Part shown: one piece after another, positions 1 through 64,000 of the stretch
Layout of the letters: each line of letters opens with the position of its first letter
Position numbering within the stretch: the stretch's first letter is position 1
Source: the human T2T-CHM13v2.0 reference genome, Homo sapiens
Assembly (NCBI RefSeq): GCF_009914755.1
Contig: NC_060940.1
Strand: one strand, 5' to 3'
Length of the DNA stretch: 64,000 bases
Position numbers and translations under genes: made by a program
The notes under the pieces: model-generated
What the model was told of the DNA's origin: nothing
The model's input: the letters and a program-made list of their open reading frames with translations, nothing else
Databases searched by the model: none

Positions 1-120
1 AGTAGAGACGGGGTTTCACCACGTTGGCCAGGCGGGTCTTGAACTCCTGACCTCAAGTGATCCGTCTGCCTCAGCCTCCCAAAGTGCTGGGATTACAGGT
101 GTGAGCCACTGCACCTGGCC
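1..120 (-). mobile_element. Alu left arm (cut by window edge)
   Basis: Antisense Alu consensus. Confidence 0.9.
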
Positions 121-934
121 TTTAAAACAATGTTTAGTGGTTGCTCCAGAGCTAAAAATGAATCCTTATCAACATTTATTAAATGTTAATATTTTATCAC
201 TTCCCACTTGACAATGGATGCTTCCTGGTCCCTACCTCACACTTAATAATAACCTTGCCTTAGCATCACTTCATTTGCCTGTCCACCCCATCTTTTGTGC
301 TTTTGTTATCATATCTTTTATTTCTATATACATAAGAACATCCACCTTAGAATGTTATTATATTTGTTATAAACTGTCAGTAATCTTTTAAGAAATCCAA
401 GAAAAAACCCTCCAAATATATATTTTGCATTTCCCTAGGTATTGACCATTTCTAGAGCCCCTCTTTTCTTCTTGCAGACTGGAGTTCCCATCTGGTATCA
501 TTTCCCTTCAGACTGAAGAAGATCTATTAACATGTTTTGCAGTAATGTAAATCTGCTGACAATGAATGTTCTCAGATTCTTTTATATGAAAATGTCTATT
601 TCACTCTCAGTTTTAAAGGACATTTTTAGTGGATAAAGAATTTTTAGATGGACTGTTTCCTTTCCTTTCATCGCTTTACAGATAGCTTCCATTATTTCCT
701 AGGTGAAGCCAGAACTCTAGGATAGCCATTGTTATCGCTGTCCCTCTCGCTGTAATATGTATTTTTCCCCCCTGGCTGCTTTAAGCTTTTCTCTTTATCT
801 TTGTTTTTTGGCAGTTTGAAAATGAAACGATGCCTGATGTGTACAGGCATAGTTTTCTTTGTATTTCTCCTGCTTGAAGTTTGCCAAGTTTCTTGGATCT
901 ATAGTTTTTTTTTAAAAACTAATTTTTTAAAAAA

Positions 935-2177
935 TATCTTAAGGCCTTTAAGAATTATGTTAAATCTACTCTGCCTATGCTCTGGAAATGGAACAACAAA
1001 TCCTGGATGACAGCACATCTGATTTCTAATTACAGGGTGGCTTACTGAATATTTTAAGCCCACTGTTGAGACCTACTGCTCAGAAAATAGATTTCTTTCA
1101 AAATATTACTTCTCTTTAATAATGCACCTGGACACCCAGGAGCTCTGATGGAACTGTACAGGAGATGAATGTTGTTTTCATGCCTGCTAACACAACATCT
1201 ACTCTGCAGCCCACAGATGAAGGAGTCATTTTGACTTTCAAGTCTTGTTATTTAAGAAATACATTTCATAGGGCAATAGTTGCCATAGATAATGATTCTT
1301 CTGATGGGTCTGGGCAAGGTAAACTGAAAACCTTCTGGAAAGGATTTGCCATTCTAGATGCCATTAAGAACATCTGTGATTCACTGGAGAAGGTCAAACC
1401 CTCATGTATGCCTTTGAGGAGTTCAAGACTTCAGTAACTGGAAAAGTAGAGGAAGTAACTGTAGATGTAGCAGAAATAGCAAGAGAACTAGAATTAGAGG
1501 TGGAGCTTGAAGATATGACTGAATTGCTACAATCTCATTATAAAACTTGAATGAATGTTGAGTTGCTTCTTATGGATGAGCAAAGGAAGTGGTTTCTCAA
1601 GATGGGATTTATTCATGGTGAAGATGCCATGAACATTGTTGAAATGACAACAAAGGATTTAGAATATTCACAAACTTAATTGATAAAGCAGCAGCAGGAT
1701 TTGAGCGGACTGACTCCGATTTTGAAAGAAGTTATATTGTGGGTAAAATGCTTTCAAACAGCATCACATGTTACAGAGTAATTTTTCATGAAAGGAAGAG
1801 TTAATTTATATGGCAAATTTCATTGTTGTCTAATTTTAGGAAATTGCCACAGTCACCCCCACCTTCAGTAACCACCACCCTCATCAGTCAGCAGCCATCA
1901 ACATCGAGGCAAGACCCTCCACCAGCATAAAGATTATGACTCACTGAAGGCTCAGATGATCATTAGGATTTTTAAGCAAATAAGTAATTTATAATTCAGG
2001 TATGCACGTTACTTTTAAAGACCTAATGTTATTGTACACTTAATAGACTACAGTACAATGTAAACATAACCTTTATATGTACCAGGAAACAAAAAATATT
2101 GTGACTCACTTTATTGCATTATTAGCTTTGTCATGGTGGCCTGGAACCAAACCCACAGTACTTCTGAGGTATGTCTG
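935..2177 (+). mobile_element. Tigger1 (TcMar-Tigger) DNA transposon, 3' half
   Basis: ORF 1165..1437 ([26 protein letters not shown]...) is a pogo/Tigger DDE transposase remnant; ends in TIR gaggtatgtctg followed by TA. Confidence 0.88.
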
Positions 2178-3703
2178 TAATTTAATTTTCTGCCTCATTC
2201 ACATTCTCTCTCATTCTCTTCTTCCCAGAGAATGTTATGTTATGTTTAGAACAGTTGCTGTGAAGTCTGCCTGCTAAATCCAACATCTGGCCCGTCTTGG
2301 AGTCAGTTTCCATTGACTGCTTTTTTTTCTTGACTATGGATCCCATTTTTCTGCTTCTCCACAGGTCTAGTAATTTTTATTTGTCTACTGGACAATGCTG
2401 ATGATCATTGTAGAGATTCTGGATTCTGTTGTCTTCCTTTTAACAGTGTTGATTTTGTTGTAGGAGGTAGTTGAATCACTGACTTAAATTTGTGTGGGTT
2501 TGGTTTTATGCTTTGTTAGAGCACATCCGTGTAAAGCTCAAGGTATTTATCAGGACCTTCTGACTTGCTGGGATTCAATCTCCAGATTTTGTCCTCCCTG
2601 TAGAACTTGCAGGTGCTTAGTTGTAGGCTTTTTTAAAGGGCTGATAAAGAGAAGGCCTTATACTAAGGGAATGGCCCTTTCTCCTAAGTCTTTCTTCTGG
2701 CTTTTCTAGTATTTTAGCTGGGTTCTCAGGATTTTAATGAGGTATTAATGCAATCTCTTTCCTTTGGCTGGGCCAGACCTCTAATGTTCCCCAGCACTGA
2801 TTAACACATAGTATTGCTATTCCTTTAACAACCACATAGCAGCTGCTCCCTGGTAAATCCCATGTTGTCTCACCCTGCACATGTGCAACTCTTAGCCAAG
2901 GATAGTGAAGGGAACGCTCATGCTGTCTTCTGACCTGTCCTCTTTACTCATGCACTGGTCCCTTCTCTCTGGTGTCCTACCCTGTAGAGACTAGCCTTTT
3001 TGACTGTCCCAAACTCTGATTTCTGCCTCCTCAGCTCCTTGGCGGCTGCTGTGCTTTGCTTGGACTCTAGCTCACTGAATTGTAGTCAGGAAATTGTCCT
3101 TAGGCAGAGAACCAGGATAATCATGGGGATTCGTCATGAGTTTTCCTTCCTTTTCGAGGATTGCAGTATTGTGCTGCCTGTTGTCCAATGCCTGAGAAAA
3201 GTTGCCTCAGAGATTTTGTTGAGTTTTATATGTTTTTTTTTTATAGTGGGAGGAGTATAAAATGGAGTATTATAATCATTATAACCAGAAGCAGAAATGC
3301 TTTTTATTCTTTGAAAAATGTTTGTTATTATTTTTAATTTCAATATGTATTACTGTAAGGAGACTGGTGATTTGGGTTCACTCTGTCATTTTTACTCCAA
3401 AGTCTTTTCACTTATATTTTTACATATCTTTATTTTGTTTACATGTACAGTTTATGAATATCTCTATTCTCTTCCTACTCTTCTCTCTGAATGAGAAACC
3501 TTCTCTTATTTCCCCCATTCAATTCCTCCAGAATGAGGAAATGCTTCTCATTGCCTTATTTTATTCTTCCCCTTGCTATTTTCTATGTTCAGGTCATATG
3601 AAATATTTATCTTAGATTGTCTTTCAACAGTTGTTTAAAATTACCTATCAATTTAATTTTGATTATTTGCTTATTATATCCTTGTACTTTCCTCTTTGAT
3701 TCA

Positions 3704-3932
3704 CTTTTTTTTTTTTTGAGACAGGGTCTTGCTCTGTTGCCCAGGCTGGAGTGCAGTGGTGTGATCTCGGCTCACTGCAACCTCTGCCTCCTGGGTTCAA
3801 GCAATTCTCTTGCCTCAATATGGGGTTTCACCATGTTGGCTAGGCTGGTCTTGAACTCCTAACCTCAAGTGATCCACCCACCTCAGCCTCCCAAAGTGCT
3901 GGAATTACAGGCATGAGCCACTGCACATGGCT
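3704..3932 (-). mobile_element. Alu with internal deletion
   Basis: Antisense Alu lacking the central linker region. Confidence 0.85.
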
Positions 3933-4021
3933 CACTTACTTATTTTTTAAGCTTTGCTAATTCAGAAAGTTTTAATTTTGTATTTATTTTCAGATAGAAT
4001 TTGTGCATATGGGTGGGTTAC

Positions 4022-4231
4022 TTTTTTTTTTCTTTTTTTTGAGACACAGTTTTGTTCTGTTGTCCAGGTGGAGTGCAGTGGTGTCACCTCAGCTCACTGC
4101 AACCTCAATCTCCTGGGCTCAATCAGTCCTCCTACCTCAGCCTCCTGAGTAGCTGAGACTATAGGCGCGTGCCAGCCCACCTTGGCCTCCCAAAGTGTTG
4201 GGATTACAGAGGTGAGCCACTGTGCCTGGCC
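4022..4231 (-). mobile_element. AluJ-like with internal deletion
   Basis: Right arm joined directly to cccaccttggcctcccaaagtg. Confidence 0.8.
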
Positions 4232-5874
4232 CTGGGTCAGTCACTTTGAGTCCTTGCATGTCCAAGTTTTGCTGTCATAAGAGTTTTGTCTGGAAAAAGA
4301 GTTCTAGATTGACAATCATTCTCACTCTGAAATTTGGATAGCTTATTCCATTATCTTCTGGTATTTAGTGTTGCCACAAGAAGTCTTATGTTACCATGAT
4401 TATTAGCTCCTTTTATTTCCTCTAGAATCATTTAGGACTTTCTCTTTCATCCCGGTTTTCTGAAACGTTGCTCTAATGTATTTAGATGTGAGTATTTTTT
4501 TCATTCACCCTGTTTGGCAACTTGATGGACCCATTCGATTAGAAGACTTGATCTTCTTAAAAAGCCCTGGAAATATTTCTTCAGTTATTTTGTTGAATAC
4601 TTTCTTCCTTCCAGTATCTTGTTTCTCTTTCAGGAGCTCCTATTACATATATATTAGAACTTCTTGATTTATACATTGTCTCATATTTCCTTTCATTCTG
4701 TTTTTGAAACAGCTTTATTGAGATATAACTCACATACCATACAATCCCTCATTTAAAGTGTTCTATTTAGTGGTTTGTAGTATATTCACAAGGCAGGGTA
4801 GCCATCACCACAATAAACTTTAGAACATTTTCATAATCCCTAAAACCCTATAACCATTAAGTCACTCCCCTTTTCCCCAACCCATCCTCTCCAGCCCTTG
4901 GTACCATGAATCGACTTTCTGTTTCTGTAGATTGGCTTATTCTTCAAATTTCATACACCCGGAGTCATACAATATGTGAATGGCTTCTTTCACCTATATT
5001 TCAAAGCATACATTCACTTTCATTTCAAATCATACATTTGTTACTGGCTTCATTCACTTAGCATAATGTTTTATAGCAGGTATCAATATTTTATTTCCAT
5101 TTCTTTTTATTGTCAAATTCCATTCTATTTATACACTTACCAGTTCATCGAAATTTGGGTTGTCTCTACGTTTTGGCTCTTATAAATAATGCTGCTATGA
5201 ATATTTGTGTATAGATTTTTGTGTGCACATATGTTTTCATTTCTCTAGGGTATTACCTAGGAGTTAAATTGGTGAATCATATGGTAACTCTACGTTTAAC
5301 CATTTGAGGAACTGCCAGACTGTTTTCCAGGGCAGCTGCACCATGTTATACTCCCACCTGCAGTGTATGAGGGTCCCAATTTCTCCACATCCTTGCTGAT
5401 GCTTGTTATTATTTCATTTCATTCCATTTCTTTGTCCTCAAGGGCTAAGGTCTGGTGATATTACTCAGCTCCATCTTGTAACTTATTAGTAATCTCCATT
5501 ATAAAGTCCATCCCTCCTGCATGGTTTTCTAAATATTTTATTTTTCATTTCTAGAGTCTCTAATTGATTCTTTTTCACAATAGCTTATCCTTATTTCATG
5601 AGTACGATTTTCTCCCTTTGGGGATATAAATAATATTCACTTAAAGTTTTCTGTTTGCTTTAATAACTCTTTCTTTTCAGAGGTGATTTACTCATTTATT
5701 GAGTAGGTGTTTCTATTTTATGGTAACTTTTTTTAGATGTTTCATGATGTCTTGTTTTGAGGTTCTCTTAAAATCTTGTCTGTCTGTGAATGCTGATCTG
5801 ATGAGATGTGATTGGAGCATCCTATTCAGTTATTGTAGAAAAGGAGATCTCACACTGCTGGATGCGTCTTGCCA

Positions 5875-5877
<3 letters not shown>

Positions 5878-5926
<49 letters not shown>
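5878..5926. repeat. (CT)n(GT)n microsatellite
   Basis: Direct read. Confidence 0.95.
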
Positions 5927-6430
5927 TCCTAGATACTTTCTTTTTTTCTTTTTCTTTTTACTTTAAAATGTTTCCCCAAGTGATTCTATCCCACATCTTA
6001 GCTCCAAATGCTATCTATAAATGAAAAATTCCCAAATGTTATCTTTAGTCCCGACCTCTCCCATGAGCTACAGATCCACACATGCTCCTTTTCTTCAAAG
6101 CACTTATCTCATTTTGTAATTATACATCCATAGTGCAATTATTTGAGCAATGCCCATCTCTCTCCACTAGACTGTGTGTTCTGTGAGAACAGAGATTGTG
6201 CCTATTCAGGTCGCTGATGTGTTACCAGCAATCAGTATAGTACATGGCATATGTGCTCAATAGATACTTGTTAAACCACTGAATGAATGAGGTGAAACAA
6301 CTCATGTGTGAGAGACCCTGTGATGTCTTGGAGCAGTGACTATGGGGGCCATCTTTACTTGCTAACACCAGGATCAAACTCAGGGTCAAATGTCCTGAGT
6401 TCCAGGGTGGTGCCTTTGCTATGTAGATAC

Positions 6431-63273
<56,843 letters not shown>

Positions 63274-63589
63274 CTGCAGGACAAGGGTGGGAGGGATAGG
63301 AGGCTTGGAGGCAGAGTGAGTGACAGCCAGACTATGGGGGCTGTTAGATGGTGTGGAGAGGGGGAGGGACACGTGGGGCTTCTTCTCACAGGCACTCTCT
63401 GGGCCCTCTTTCCTCTCCTCCTGGAGGGACAGAGGGCCAGGGATGGGAAGGGGGTCTTCAGTGATAGGTTGCTCTCTCAGTGCTTCCTTCTATGCAAATT
63501 CATTTAGACCAATCATGTTTGAACTAAGGGTTTAAAGGAACAGATAGACTCCACATCATATAGCACTTATTCAGCTGGGCATCTTGAAG

Positions 63590-63829
63590 CAGAGGGGTGC
63601 AGAATGGCGTAGTGGGTGAGGTTATGGGCCTTTGAGTGACACACGCCTGGGTTTGAATCCCAGCCCTGCTAAATATTGACTGTTTGACCTTAAACAAATG
63701 ACTTCTCTGAGTCTCAGTTTATTTATCTATAAAATGGGGCTAAAGCCCCGACCCCAGAGATTGCTGGAGGTTTAAATGAAAGAACAGGTGTGAAGCATGT
63801 AGCATAGCATCTGGTATGGAATTAGTGCT
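63590..63829 (+). mobile_element. MIR
   Basis: cctgggtttgaatccca...tctctgagtctcagttt...tataaaatgggg core. Confidence 0.75.
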
Positions 63830-63884
63830 AAAACAAAACAAAACAAAACAAAACAAAACAAAACAAAACAAAACAAAACAAAAC
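63830..63884. repeat. (AAAAC)11 pentanucleotide microsatellite
   Basis: Perfect repeat, direct read. Confidence 0.95.
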
Positions 63885-64000
63885 AGGATGTTGGTGCAAT
63901 CCTTAGATGTCCCGGCTCTTCTCTCTCCTGCTTGTAGTTTTCCGGATGACCGTAGAATGTGCTGACAATGCAGTGGCCTGAGATAAGGGAAGGGTCTGGA

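Larger units (their letters stand above)
121..5800 (-). mobile_element. Patchwork of ancient L1M fragments hosting Tigger1 and Alus, including an L1MB/MC-like 3' end at about 4700-5410
   Basis: T-rich antisense L1 motifs such as ggagttcccatctggtatcatttcccttcag and acagctttattgagatataactcacatacc; boundaries approximate. Confidence 0.6.

Noticed and set aside
6422-6430. Donor GTATCT as a possible U12-type intron, given the nearby U6atac copy
   Set aside because: Reads GTATCTACA, not the RTATCCTTT U12 consensus; treated as a weak U2 donor
63895-64000. Acceptor-like cttatctcag|GCCACT on the minus strand
   Set aside because: Phase-0 frame stops after 24 codons, it does not resemble HYDIN, and there is no clear donor

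Overview
Human (primate) genomic DNA from the 3' third of the HYDIN gene (axonemal central-pair protein), on the minus strand. I resolved 25 consecutive GT-AG coding exons from 63273 down to 6431. Their splice phases are all compatible and they total 4653 nt (1551 codons), from ARFAHGMF... to ...HKEGTYAAK, encoding tandem ASH/PapD-like Ig-fold repeats. From memory these are roughly exons 59-83 of 86. No frame-breaking lesion was seen, but the near-identical human-specific duplicate HYDIN2 (1q21.1) cannot be formally excluded without alignment. The introns are mostly transposon-derived: more than 20 Alus, a young 5'-truncated L1PA2-like insertion with a 16-bp TSD nested in an older L1, Tigger1, THE1/MST LTRs, MER1B/MER3/MER53/MER58A, L2 and MIR. 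I found no convincing new multi-gene system. The best second-look items are a TSD-flanked 3'-truncated U6atac snRNA retrocopy, a bulge-free 27-bp hairpin, an intronic RFX X-box, a MER53 hairpin carrying a miR-1302-like arm, and inverted-Alu architecture around exons. Repeat subfamily calls and reference comparisons are from recalled consensus sequences, and repeat boundaries are approximate unless TSDs are given.
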